Source: a virus
Reading direction: 5' to 3' (one strand)
IMG/VR virus record: IMGVR_UViG_3300035180_002574
Span: 64,001-128,000 of that record
Length of the DNA: 64,000 nt
How positions within the stretch are numbered: the first letter of the stretch is position 1; each line of letters starts with the position of its first letter. Below, one piece after another: positions 1-8,900 of this stretch. The notes under the pieces were generated by a model. That model was not told the DNA's origin. It worked only from the letters and a program-made list of their open reading frames with translations, and searched no databases. The position numbers and the translations under genes were made by a program.

Positions 1-86
1 ATTTTGTCGTTGCATTTTTTCTTATTGAAATCTCTCAATTCAATAAGTTTAATCATTAATTCTTGTGCTTCTTGTTCTGTTAACAT
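1..86 (-). CDS. 5' part of a gene running off the window start (MLTEQEAQELMIKLIELRDFNKKNATTK...)
   Basis: Manual translation; ATG at 86 preceded by GAGGAAAG; open to position 1. Confidence 0.7.
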   Translation of the reverse strand, partial: MLTEQEAQELMIKLIELRDFNKKKCNDK

Positions 87-153
87 CTATTCTTTCCTCT
101 AATTGAAGTAAAGGATATACTTAATTATTGATACTCAGTTTTGCGGCGAAATG

Positions 154-309
154 TTACTTGTTTATCTCTTCTTCAAGGAGTTCAATCACCGATTCAATGG
201 TTGATTTAGTAATCTCTGGGTCATCAAGAGACAAGATAAATTTTAGAAGCCCCACAACTTTCTGGAGCTTCTGATTGCGTTCGCTTTGTTTGCTGGCTTT
301 CTTCGCCAT
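154..309 (-). CDS. 51-aa hypothetical protein not in the ORF track (MAKKASKQSERNQKLQKVVGLLKFILSLDDPEITKSTIESVIELLEEEINK)
   Basis: Manual translation; ATG overlaps the upstream TAA (TAATG coupling); helical amphipathic composition. Confidence 0.75.
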   Translation of the reverse strand: MAKKASKQSERNQKLQKVVGLLKFILSLDDPEITKSTIESVIELLEEEINK

Positions 310-500
310 TACGAATATCCCTCACGAGCCCAACCGCCGCCAGTTAATATAAAAGCCCCATTAGATGCAATCAATCTGGTTACTTTTTTTGGCACCAAAC
401 CCTCTTCCTTGCATTTTGGACATTCTTCTAATTGTTCTGACATAGAGTGAATTTCTTCAAATTCGCCATGCAATTCACAATGATAAACATACGTCGGCAT
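309..500 (-). CDS. FmdB-family zinc-ribbon protein
   Basis: MPTYVYHCELHGEFEE...CPKC...RLI pattern (CxxH/CxxC variant). Confidence 0.8.
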   Translation of the reverse strand: MPTYVYHCELHGEFEEIHSMSEQLEECPKCKEEGLVPKKVTRLIASNGAFILTGGGWAREGYS

Positions 501-572
501 TTTTCCTCAAATAAGGTAGCAATATCCACTGTTTAAGATAATTACGAAACTTTGTGTGTCAATGATGGATTA

Positions 573-881
573 TTATCTTTTTTTTCTACGATCCATACGC
601 GTCTGTAAATCGTGATAACGAGACTCTCCTAACATATTAGCATACACCTTGTCAGATTTTTGCATATCCTTTTTTAATTGCTGAGTGTCTGATTTAACCT
701 TATCAATGAGTTCCTGTCCGGTTAACTCTACTGTACCGGGAGTAGCACAACTAATTAATCTTTTCACTTCTGTGTCATTGCCGTCCTCTTTGCATTTTGG
801 ACAATGAGTTAAAACAGTAGTAATTGAATGTACTTCTTCAAACTCACCGTGGACTGGACATAAATAATCATACGTTGGCAT
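573..881 (-). CDS. FmdB-family zinc-ribbon protein with C-terminal helical extension; paralog of 309..500
   Basis: MPTYDYLCPVHGEFEE...CPKC...RLIS. Confidence 0.8.
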   Translation of the reverse strand: MPTYDYLCPVHGEFEEVHSITTVLTHCPKCKEDGNDTEVKRLISCATPGTVELTGQELIDKVKSDTQQLKKDMQKSDKVYANMLGESRYHDLQTRMDRRKKR

Positions 882-1213
882 TATTTGTTGCTCCTAATAA
901 AATCATCTTCATTATCAGAAAATTGTATATCTCCAAAATCAACGGACTTATCTACATAGATCTTTATGCCTCTATAAGTGTCAAAATATCCCTTAGATAA
1001 ATCTTTGAAATTGTTAGTGAAAATAAAGCCTATATCTGTATCTTCATTGCAGGAAGATAATAGGTGAGAGAAATCTAACAAACTAATGCGAACATATTTG
1101 CTTTTATTTTCAAAAGACTGAAAAAACTCTTGCTTAGTAAAATAAATTTTATTCCATGCTTCTTGATACTCGTCACAGGAAATTTTCTTATTCCAAATAT
1201 TATTGTGCTTCAT
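881..1213 (-). CDS. Hypothetical protein; paralog of 1210..1482
   Basis: Coupled overlaps at both ends; GYFDTYRGIKIYV resembles GHYSTYKNVKLYV of its neighbour. Confidence 0.7.
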   Translation of the reverse strand: MKHNNIWNKKISCDEYQEAWNKIYFTKQEFFQSFENKSKYVRISLLDFSHLLSSCNEDTDIGFIFTNNFKDLSKGYFDTYRGIKIYVDKSVDFGDIQFSDNEDDFIRSNK

Positions 1214-1482
1214 TTCACGAAACCATATTCTTTCATAACTCCATCTTCATTTTCAGCAAAACTATATTGCCCGGGAGCCAAATATCTGGTAACATACAAT
1301 TTAACATTTTTATATGTCGAATAATGTCCGGTAAGGAGAATTGTCCTATCAGTCACATACTCCGTATCATCGCTTTTGATTTCCCTCAAGAAATCTTCCT
1401 TGAGAAGATCCATTCAATCAGATATTGGCATTCAAATAATCGAACTACCAACACAGATTTTGTCTAATAATATTTTATTCAT
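1210..1482 (-). pseudogene. 90-codon gene with two in-frame TGA (pseudogene or opal readthrough); ORF track shows only 1210..1413
   Basis: ATG 1482 with AAGGAAG upstream and ATGAATAA overlap; MNKILLDKICVGSSII*MPISD*MDLLKEDF...; TGA at 1432-1434 and 1414-1416. Confidence 0.65.
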
Positions 1483-1660
1483 TGTCTTCCTTAATTAAAT
1501 GTTTATCTTTTATAACAAATTCTATATCTTTTGTCCAATCATTTTTAATTGATTGTTTATATTTCTCGTTAGTAATTTCAAATACAAGAAATAGTCTACC
1601 ATCTTTTTCGTGGTACTCGATTCTAACTGCCTCGCCAACTATTTCTTCATAATTTTTCAT
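1475..1660 (-). CDS. Hypothetical protein
   Basis: 61-aa ORF with GGAG RBS, directly downstream of dnaB. Confidence 0.7.
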   Translation of the reverse strand: MKNYEEIVGEAVRIEYHEKDGRLFLVFEITNEKYKQSIKNDWTKDIEFVIKDKHLIKEDNE

Positions 1661-1676
1661 GACGGAGACTTCCTTA

Positions 1677-3086
1677 TTATACGTCTAATAATTCAATCTT
1701 CTGAGAAATATCATCCGGGTCTCTCATGGTAAATTCTGTCTGATCTTCTTCAACACTATTATCTAGTAAAGTTCCACACGCTAGATTCTTAATCAGGGTT
1801 CCCTTAACCAATTCACCATCACGATTCTTAATAAGATGATAAATCATGTCGGGATAATTCTTCTCATTTGGTCTGGTTTCAATTTGAATTGCAATATTTG
1901 CATTCTGTAAAATCAACGCTGAACGACCCACTCGATGCATGCCAATTCTATCTTCTGGTTCTTTGCTTTTGGCTCGGTTTAACTGAACCGCACTCAATAC
2001 CGTGCAATTGTGTACACGAGAAAATTCGTGCATCTTTTCAGAAATTTTGCCCAGTTTTAACCAGTCGTCCATGTCTCCCGTACCCTCATAGTCCATAAGA
2101 CCTAGATAGTCAATAACTACAACTTTAGGATCGTAGACCGACTTGACATCCTCATAGATCATCTCTAAGCTCTCCATGGTTGCCCCACGAGGAATATCTA
2201 CGATCTCAAACTGACTTGGATATCTATTAATAAACTTCAATGCTTTTTTTAACTTAAGAGCATCATCGTTATTCAGCTTAGCATTTCTAATCAATTTAGA
2301 TGGTGTGGAAGATAATCTTGCGAGCACACGATTTAAACAGGGTTTAAAAGGCATTTCCAAAGAGAAATATAGTACGTTCTCGCCCGGCGTAAAACCTTCT
2401 TCCATATCTATATTGTTTTGTTGAAGCCACATCTGAACAGCCATATTCATCAATAACATAGATTTACCAGAAGAAGACTCTCCGCCTATTAGAAGAAGTT
2501 CTCCGGGTCTCAAACCGTCCGTTGCGTTATCAAGAACTGAATATCTGGTTTGGATTCCTCGGTCGAAGGTTGGATTTTCCATCTTCGCATTGTATTCTTC
2601 TCGAAATTGAGGAATGGCGTCCTTCAAAGTTTTACGTTCAAATGTCTTTTTCTGACTTAAGCTTTTGATGCTTTGAACTGTACGATTGATATCGTTAAGC
2701 GTCTTACCAATATCGGCTCCTACCGGGTCAACTTTATTTAAGGAGTCTTTCATCTGAGACAATTGTCTCTCGGCGAAGCGCCTCTTAAACTTTTCTAGAT
2801 CATATTTATATTCTTTGTCATTATAGTTATGGGCTTCAAGCGCTTCCCATACTTTTTTAACATGTTCAATAAGCTTATCATTGCCGCCCTTAGATAACTT
2901 ATCGGAGATAACTCTAAGGGTTGGGAGTTCCTTATAGGTTTTTACATAGCCCACAATAAGTTTAGCAGCATTCCAAACTTCTGGAGAAAACAACCTATCA
3001 TCATACTCGTTGACAAACTCCACAGAATGTTTTTTGTTGCTGATAATTGTTTTAAGAATTGATAGGTCTAGCTCGTTAAAACTCAT
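1677..3086 (-). CDS. dnaB: DnaB-like replicative helicase
   Basis: Walker A GESSSGKS, YFSLEM, Walker B VVIDYL, SAVQLNR, KNRDG. Confidence 0.95.
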   Translation of the reverse strand: MSFNELDLSILKTIISNKKHSVEFVNEYDDRLFSPEVWNAAKLIVGYVKTYKELPTLRVISDKLSKGGNDKLIEHVKKVWEALEAHNYNDKEYKYDLEKFKRRFAERQLSQMKDSLNKVDPVGADIGKTLNDINRTVQSIKSLSQKKTFERKTLKDAIPQFREEYNAKMENPTFDRGIQTRYSVLDNATDGLRPGELLLIGGESSSGKSMLLMNMAVQMWLQQNNIDMEEGFTPGENVLYFSLEMPFKPCLNRVLARLSSTPSKLIRNAKLNNDDALKLKKALKFINRYPSQFEIVDIPRGATMESLEMIYEDVKSVYDPKVVVIDYLGLMDYEGTGDMDDWLKLGKISEKMHEFSRVHNCTVLSAVQLNRAKSKEPEDRIGMHRVGRSALILQNANIAIQIETRPNEKNYPDMIYHLIKNRDGELVKGTLIKNLACGTLLDNSVEEDQTEFTMRDPDDISQKIELLDV

Positions 3087-3499
3087 AGAGATCCTTTGCG
3101 AAATGAGCCGACAGGCACTTTTGTCGTAACTTCTAAATCTATTGTTTGGGTTGTACCAGCGCGCATATTTTTTATATTTCTTTTCTCTTGAAATTCTTTT
3201 ATTGTTTCAATAACAGAAACGCTATCTTCATGTATATTAATGTCGGCAGATTTTGCTAACTCTGCAAATTGTAATGCTGACATTTGCGAAATTATCATAG
3301 CAGCCACAGTAAGTTCAGGGCATCCAGAACCCGTCTTAGTGAGCTGACCAACATCTCCGTCCTCTGTAATAAATTTGCAATCACAAGGCTGCTTAGTATA
3401 CGAACAATGATGGGCGGCTAATTTGCAAAGATTTCTTACTAATTGATTTTTGCCTACGCTATACACATTACGCCTTCTTCTTTCTAAAATCTTCTCCAA
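3083..3499 (-). CDS. Cys/His-rich hypothetical protein (start may be GTG 3466)
   Basis: CKLAAHHCSY..PCDCKF..GSGCPE; ATGA overlap with dnaB. Confidence 0.65.
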   Translation of the reverse strand: MEKILERRRRNVYSVGKNQLVRNLCKLAAHHCSYTKQPCDCKFITEDGDVGQLTKTGSGCPELTVAAMIISQMSALQFAELAKSADINIHEDSVSVIETIKEFQEKRNIKNMRAGTTQTIDLEVTTKVPVGSFRKGSL

Positions 3500-4172
3500 G
3501 AACCGGGAATATCTTTAAGTAACCGCGCATTAAACTGTCTACACTTGCCTTGAGAGGTCCATTGAAACTCTCGACAACATTTGGGCTGTTGGTACACATT
3601 AAAGTTGGGAGTTTGTTCTGGCTCCGAGTTCTAAAAACACTCTCCAAACTTCGGGCATACAAATCTGCCGCATTTTCTGATGGCATGAATCTTGGGTCAA
3701 ATTCATCAATAACCAAAAAATCTACCATCGCCAATTCTCTTTTGGCTAAGTATTTATCTTCACCATACCCACCCGTCATTACACTAACAATATCGCTTAA
3801 AGAAGTATAAAGGCAAGTAAATCCTTTTTGGCAAGCCTTCTTGAGAATGCAAGTAACCGTCATAGTTTTACCTAAACCATGACCTCCCGCAAAGCAAATA
3901 GAAGATCCTGTCACATATGATTGTTTAAGATCCGCAATATACTCTTTATACTTAGCCATAAGTCTTGGGTCTCCTTGAAAATCTTTTTCCATTTTCAAAG
4001 TCCAATATTCAAATGGAATATTGCTTTCAGCATATCTGTTCGCCGCAATTAGTTTATAATGTTTGGCTTCTTGTGTATCCTCGCTCCCCTCAATTGTAGA
4101 AATAAAATCCTGCAACTTTCTAGTTGGAATATTATTTAGTGCTCGGCTTCTTGAAAAGTCCCGGATATCCAT
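3468..4172 (-). CDS. dnaC: DnaC/IstB-like AAA+ ATPase, probable helicase loader
   Basis: Walker A GGHGLGKT, Walker B LVIDEF, R..NKLPTLMCTN; next to dnaB. Confidence 0.85.
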   Translation of the reverse strand: MDIRDFSRSRALNNIPTRKLQDFISTIEGSEDTQEAKHYKLIAANRYAESNIPFEYWTLKMEKDFQGDPRLMAKYKEYIADLKQSYVTGSSICFAGGHGLGKTMTVTCILKKACQKGFTCLYTSLSDIVSVMTGGYGEDKYLAKRELAMVDFLVIDEFDPRFMPSENAADLYARSLESVFRTRSQNKLPTLMCTNSPNVVESFNGPLKASVDSLMRGYLKIFPVLGEDFRKKKA

Positions 4173-4560
4173 ATTCTACCTTTCTTACGTCTCCGACCTC
4201 ATGGCTACGAAGTCTGTTAACTATATCTTCCCGTTCTCGCCTATTCAATTCCTGACGAAGCTCGGCTAACATTTTAATTCGATCGGGAGCATCACTGGGC
4301 AAATCAAACGTTTCTTCAATTTCGCTTTTGACTATCGGCTGAGGGCGGGGAACGCTTTTCTTCTCTTTAAGAATCTCTTGTCCGCTGAAAAATACTTTAA
4401 TAACAGAAATTTCTTCGGAAGGTCTTAAAATGATAACTTTACCTTTTTCATCTTTTCTTGAAAGAGTTAATCCAGAGCTATCAAGCTCCTCAACCACTCC
4501 AGATATTACCCAGCCATTCTTTAGCAGGCACTCAACATATTGCCCCTTTTCTATTTTCAT
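4132..4560 (-). CDS. Hypothetical protein with Sm/LSm-like N-terminal beta barrel
   Basis: VECLLKNGWVISGVVEELDSSGLTL...EISVIKV pattern. Confidence 0.55.
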   Translation of the reverse strand: MKIEKGQYVECLLKNGWVISGVVEELDSSGLTLSRKDEKGKVIILRPSEEISVIKVFFSGQEILKEKKSVPRPQPIVKSEIEETFDLPSDAPDRIKMLAELRQELNRREREDIVNRLRSHEVGDVRKVEYGYPGLFKKPSTK

Positions 4561-5162
4561 ACAATCCTCTCCAGGACTTCTTTATCAAAACCTTCTTGTT
4601 CTGCTTTCCGAAAAGCTTCATTTAATGCTTCTGGCATATCGCTCATTTGTGACAGGAATGCTAGTTCGCCATAATTAGTAATGGTGACTCCAGCTTGTTG
4701 AAAAATAATTTTATATTTATCTGGCAACGGAGTTGATCTATCTACATTTAGATTCTTCTTGCCTTTTAATAGGACATTAATCTTATAGTCGTTTACTACT
4801 CCCTCGACCGTCATGAATGAAATTGAGGTTAATCTTCTTTTCGCCTTAATCACTTTGTTTTCATAAATCCATTCAATGTATTCTTTTAATATTTTAGGAT
4901 TAGCTGATAACATGGATGCCAGCTTTTTTATTTGAAAAACCTCAAATGATTTTGTTGGGGAAGGATTATTGAACTTGAATTGATACTTAACATTATATGT
5001 GTCATAGTATTTTTTACAAAAATATCCTAACAAGTGTGCAGGTCCCCATTTTTCAATTTCTAAAAAATTTATTTCTTCAAACTTATCAAAAAATTTTTTA
5101 TATTTTTCATTAGGCAAATCTGTTAATTTGCCACCCACATTATCATCTTTATTTTTAATCAT
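4557..5162 (-). CDS. Hypothetical protein, candidate replication initiator
   Basis: 201-aa basic helical ORF upstream of the DnaC/DnaB pair; function inferred from position only. Confidence 0.5.
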   Translation of the reverse strand: MIKNKDDNVGGKLTDLPNEKYKKFFDKFEEINFLEIEKWGPAHLLGYFCKKYYDTYNVKYQFKFNNPSPTKSFEVFQIKKLASMLSANPKILKEYIEWIYENKVIKAKRRLTSISFMTVEGVVNDYKINVLLKGKKNLNVDRSTPLPDKYKIIFQQAGVTITNYGELAFLSQMSDMPEALNEAFRKAEQEGFDKEVLERIV

Positions 5163-5165
5163 AAA

Positions 5166-5969
5166 TCATCCCTTATGGCGAATTTTACATACACCATCTA
5201 AAATATTTTGTTTTGCAGATAATGGTCTCAGATTTTCTAAAGCCCAACAGTTTTTAAAACTATCATCATCTATAGAAGTATATTTGAAAGTTGAATGAGG
5301 GATGATATGATCTATCTGCCAAGTCCAAGTTGACTGATCATTATCATCCCATGATGAAATTTTATAAGAACCATAATTAAACCAATTCATCCATGGTTCA
5401 AATTGTTTTTCTAAATGAATTTTAAGATCTTCTATAGAATATGGAAGTGCAGAAATAATAGATTTATTATTTTTTGAACCATTATTTTCTTTTAAATGAA
5501 TACATATAGCAGTTGATAATCTGGATCGTAATTTGAATTTTGGATCTACTATTTTCCTAGCTTTAGAATAATTTTTCTGCTTAACACTAATAGTATTTTT
5601 ATTTTTAATTCTATATTCTTTGTAATATAATCTCATTTTTTCTTTATTATCATCTCTATATGATTGATAATATTCATTAAGCTTTTCTTTATTTGCTATT
5701 GCATATTTTCTATTTCGCTCATATTCTTTATCTTTATTATTTTCGTAATAAGATTTCCTATATTTACTTAAATTTTCTTTATTTTTTTTGTAATATTGTT
5801 TGGTATTATTTTTAATTTTAAGTACATTATCTTTTTTGTATTTATTAGTTCTTTCGCAATAGCATTTTTTACATGTTTTTTGCCTGCCGCCATCAGATCT
5901 TAAATAAAATTCAGAAATATCTTTTGACATTTTACATATTTTGCAATCTTGATTCATATTTAACCTCAA
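5166..5969 (-). mobile_element. Free-standing HNH homing-endonuclease-like gene, copy 1
   Basis: N-terminal CxxC..CxxC, K/Y-rich helical repeats, LEKQFEPWMNW..YG...WQIDHIIP...CWALENLRPLSAKQN. Confidence 0.85.
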
Positions 5970-5994
5970 GTTAAATGCAATAATATGTATAGGT

Positions 5995-7494
5995 TTACTT
6001 TTTTCTCCACTTAACTGATGATGGAAGTTTCACATCAAATCCGTCTTCAGAACTATAGATTTTATATCTAGTTTTAGAGTGCTCTAGCAAGAATGGAGCC
6101 TGATCTATAAAATCAACTACGACAGCATTTTTCTTTGATTCATATTTTCTAATAACTCTTCCAACTCTCTGCAATGCTTTTACGGTAGATTTTCCGCCAC
6201 AAGCAATTACTAATCCAGATAAGCTTGGGATATCTACTCCAATATCAAAAATTCTAGATGCTAATATGCAATCTATTTTATGGTCTAATAGGTCTTTCTT
6301 AACTTTTTCTCGTTCATCTTTATCATTTTTACCATCAAGGATGGCGCACTTCATATGTTGTTTAAAAGTATCGTATAAAATCTTTCCGTGTTTTAAGCTA
6401 TTGAATAGGACCAAGGTTTGATAACCTTTGTCAACCATAGTTTTGGCAGCATCTAAAACTAATCCATTACGTACATCATTCTCAACCACATACTTCTTGT
6501 ATATGGATGGATACGATTTTTCTAATTCATATGGATATGGTGGAACGACTCTGAACCTAATTAGAGGTTGAGCTAAAAATCCGCCTTTGATTAGGCGAGA
6601 TGCGGAAATGTTAACAATATATTTTCCCAAAATGGCTTCTATAAGAAGATCCGCGCCATCATCTCTCCAAGGGCTTCCGCTTAGTCCATATAAATGTTCG
6701 GCAGATGAATGTTTGAATATTTGTTGAATAGTTTCACAGGCAGACATGTGGCATTCATCAATGATGTGAACTTTAGCTTCCCTCATCATCTTATTAATGT
6801 CAGTGTATTTGTTCTTGTTTAATGATTCTTCGTCATCATCTCCATCTAATAGAATGGATTTCTTATCCATACCAATGGCTTGACCTATTGTCCAAATGCT
6901 AGCTATGTTGATATCATGTATCTCACATTTACCATCACCTATAATACCAATAGGCTCATCAAAAATTTCAGAAAAAAATTGATGAAACTGATACAATAAA
7001 TCCTTGCCAATAACATAAATAATTGTCTTTTTCCCAAATTTTGCGGCAATTAATGCCGCAATTAGTGACTTGCCTCCACCCGTAGCTACTTTAATAATTC
7101 CTCGATCATTTTTGTCAACCGCGTCTAAAGTTTCTAATTGGTAGGGGTACGGAGATTTGTTTAGCTTTTCTAATTTGGGCAATATATCTTTTGGATTTCC
7201 CGTAGATTTGGGGGATCTTTTATCTATAATTTCAAACTCTTTTCCTGCATCAGAATAAAATTCTTTTACCCTATCTAATAGTCCGGTAGCAAATTGGAGG
7301 GTTGGGGTAAGCAATTTTTTCATCCCATCCCATTTAACAAACTCTCCATCTCTATTAAAAAACCCCCTGTAAGCAGCGGTGTGTTCCGCTCCTTGAACTT
7401 TGAAGGAAAGATGTTTATCGAGCGCCAGGATATGATCTAAATCAGATTCTTCTGTAATTTGGCAATTGTTATTTCTAATCGTTATTTTTGTCAT
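5995..7494 (-). CDS. Superfamily 2 DNA helicase, UvsW/RadD-like
   Basis: ATGGGKS, DECH, GLSGSP, QRVGRVIR; N-terminal SFKVQG..WDG..KLL resembles the UvsW N-domain. Confidence 0.9.
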   Translation of the reverse strand: MTKITIRNNNCQITEESDLDHILALDKHLSFKVQGAEHTAAYRGFFNRDGEFVKWDGMKKLLTPTLQFATGLLDRVKEFYSDAGKEFEIIDKRSPKSTGNPKDILPKLEKLNKSPYPYQLETLDAVDKNDRGIIKVATGGGKSLIAALIAAKFGKKTIIYVIGKDLLYQFHQFFSEIFDEPIGIIGDGKCEIHDINIASIWTIGQAIGMDKKSILLDGDDDEESLNKNKYTDINKMMREAKVHIIDECHMSACETIQQIFKHSSAEHLYGLSGSPWRDDGADLLIEAILGKYIVNISASRLIKGGFLAQPLIRFRVVPPYPYELEKSYPSIYKKYVVENDVRNGLVLDAAKTMVDKGYQTLVLFNSLKHGKILYDTFKQHMKCAILDGKNDKDEREKVKKDLLDHKIDCILASRIFDIGVDIPSLSGLVIACGGKSTVKALQRVGRVIRKYESKKNAVVVDFIDQAPFLLEHSKTRYKIYSSEDGFDVKLPSSVKWRKK

Positions 7495-7502
7495 GATAAA
7501 GT

Positions 7503-7542
7503 AGTACCGGATTAATATACCTTTACGTATATATCCGGTACT
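7503..7542. promoter_or_regulatory. Intergenic inverted repeat (10-bp perfect arms plus 6-bp inner stem) upstream of the helicase
   Basis: AGTACCGGAT 7503-7512 / ATCCGGTACT 7533-7542; ATATAC/GTATAT inner pair. Confidence 0.65.
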
Positions 7543-7565
7543 CTTTTCTCGACATTTTTTAATGA

Positions 7566-8279
7566 TTATGGCTGGGCGACAATCGATGCAATTGCGCTTG
7601 CTAAAGCGTTATCCTGACCCGAATGTAGGTTAAGAATCAATGTAGTAAGATCATTAGAAGAGCCTCTAAATACGTTATGATCCACAACACACTTGATGCC
7701 CGGAACATGATATAAAGATCCGCCTGGGGCAGCAACGTCTCCGGACTTTTGCCAAATTAACCAACCGCTTCCTTTCCAAATGGTTGGAACAAAATTATCA
7801 GGATTAGTTACATATCCTGCCAGCCATAAAGGATACTTTTGTAATGTGGCGGTTACGGTGGGATCTACCTTACCAGCATATTGATTAAAGAAAGGTCCTC
7901 CCGTGTAAACGAAAGGAATCTTTCCAGACCTATTCTCTACCGTTTGTAACCAGGTCAAAACCCACTTAACAAATACCGCTCCAGAAAGAGTTGATTGCTC
8001 AATGTCTAAGGCTAAGAAATCAAATGGAGTTAATTGCCCTACCATATCTAAAAAGAAGTTGGCTTCTTTAACTGGGTCGTTTTGAGTTAATCCATAATGA
8101 TATGTCCCGCGAATTAGTCCGGCATCTTTAATGCCGTTCCAATTATTATGAAACTGAGAGTCAACAATATTCAATCCTTGCGTAGCTTTTGCCGCCGCAA
8201 AACTAACTTGATTAGAAGCAGCCACTGCCTTCCAATCTACTAACCCTTGTGGATATGCAACATCAATCCCATCAATCAT
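7566..8279 (-). CDS. GH25 muramidase, probable endolysin
   Basis: IDGIDV..QG.VDW, KATQG, GTYHY, LDIEQ (DxE), LWLAGY, WQ.S, VDHNVF; start ATG 8279 with GAGGA RBS. Confidence 0.92.
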   Translation of the reverse strand: MIDGIDVAYPQGLVDWKAVAASNQVSFAAAKATQGLNIVDSQFHNNWNGIKDAGLIRGTYHYGLTQNDPVKEANFFLDMVGQLTPFDFLALDIEQSTLSGAVFVKWVLTWLQTVENRSGKIPFVYTGGPFFNQYAGKVDPTVTATLQKYPLWLAGYVTNPDNFVPTIWKGSGWLIWQKSGDVAAPGGSLYHVPGIKCVVDHNVFRGSSNDLTTLILNLHSGQDNALASAIASIVAQP

Positions 8280-8485
8280 GCTTCCTCGTCTTCTTTGAAC
8301 CAAAAACTTTGTATGTCAGAGATTTTAAAATAATGGAGTTTTGCTCACTTATCACCAAGGATTAGCCAGGTACAACTATCAGCAGTTCCAACAATGGTTC
8401 CTGGATGCACAGTATGGCTTCCAACCATTACTAAGCACACTTCTTTTCCTTTTAAATCTACGTCATGCCAAAAATTAAATTTCAT
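8276..8485 (-). pseudogene. 69-codon Sm-like gene with one in-frame TGA (pseudogene or readthrough); not in ORF track
   Basis: MKFNFWHDVDLKGKEVCLVMVGSHTVHPGTIVGTADSCTWLILGDK*AKLHYFKISDIQSFWFKEDEEA*; TGA 8345-8347; final TGA overlaps the endolysin ATG. Confidence 0.65.
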
Positions 8486-8495
8486 AGTTCTAATC

Positions 8496-8900
8496 TTACT
8501 TATAGTTTATTTTACACCTGCGATTAATGCCTTCTGGTTTTTGATCGTTAGATGATTTGAATGCCCATGTTTTGCCACGGCTTCTCAAACATTTAGGACA
8601 TAAGGTAATGCACATTTCATCAGAGAAATATTCGCCATCTGATTTTTCATTTTTATGAAAGCGCACGTTTGTTGAATATATTCTCTGCCTGGTTCTAAAA
8701 ATGTTATTACCCGGAATAGATGACATCATAGATGATGATGCGAAAGATCTAATTCTACGGCGCCGCGGCGCCATTTTGTATGTCCAGAAAAACATTCGAG
8801 TGATCGTGGATCCAGATAATTGTATCTTAGATCCGCATAACGGACACCTAGATTTTGCACCAAAAGTTGAAGATAATGTTATTTCTGTTTTACTTGTCAT
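8496..8900 (-). CDS. Basic zinc-finger-like protein (CPLC...CPKC) coupled to the tubulin gene
   Basis: Two CxxC pairs flanking an Arg/Ser-rich segment; ATGA overlap with the tubulin stop. Confidence 0.6.
   Translation of the reverse strand: MTSKTEITLSSTFGAKSRCPLCGSKIQLSGSTITRMFFWTYKMAPRRRRIRSFASSSMMSSIPGNNIFRTRQRIYSTNVRFHKNEKSDGEYFSDEMCITLCPKCLRSRGKTWAFKSSNDQKPEGINRRCKINYK

Noticed and set aside
1-86. Possible sigma-factor N-terminus for the truncated first gene
   Set aside because: Only 28 codons are visible and no sigma region motif is in the window
5162-5168. HNH gene TGA followed by TTT ATG in frame with the next gene (possible readthrough fusion)
   Set aside because: A one-in-three coincidence with no other support
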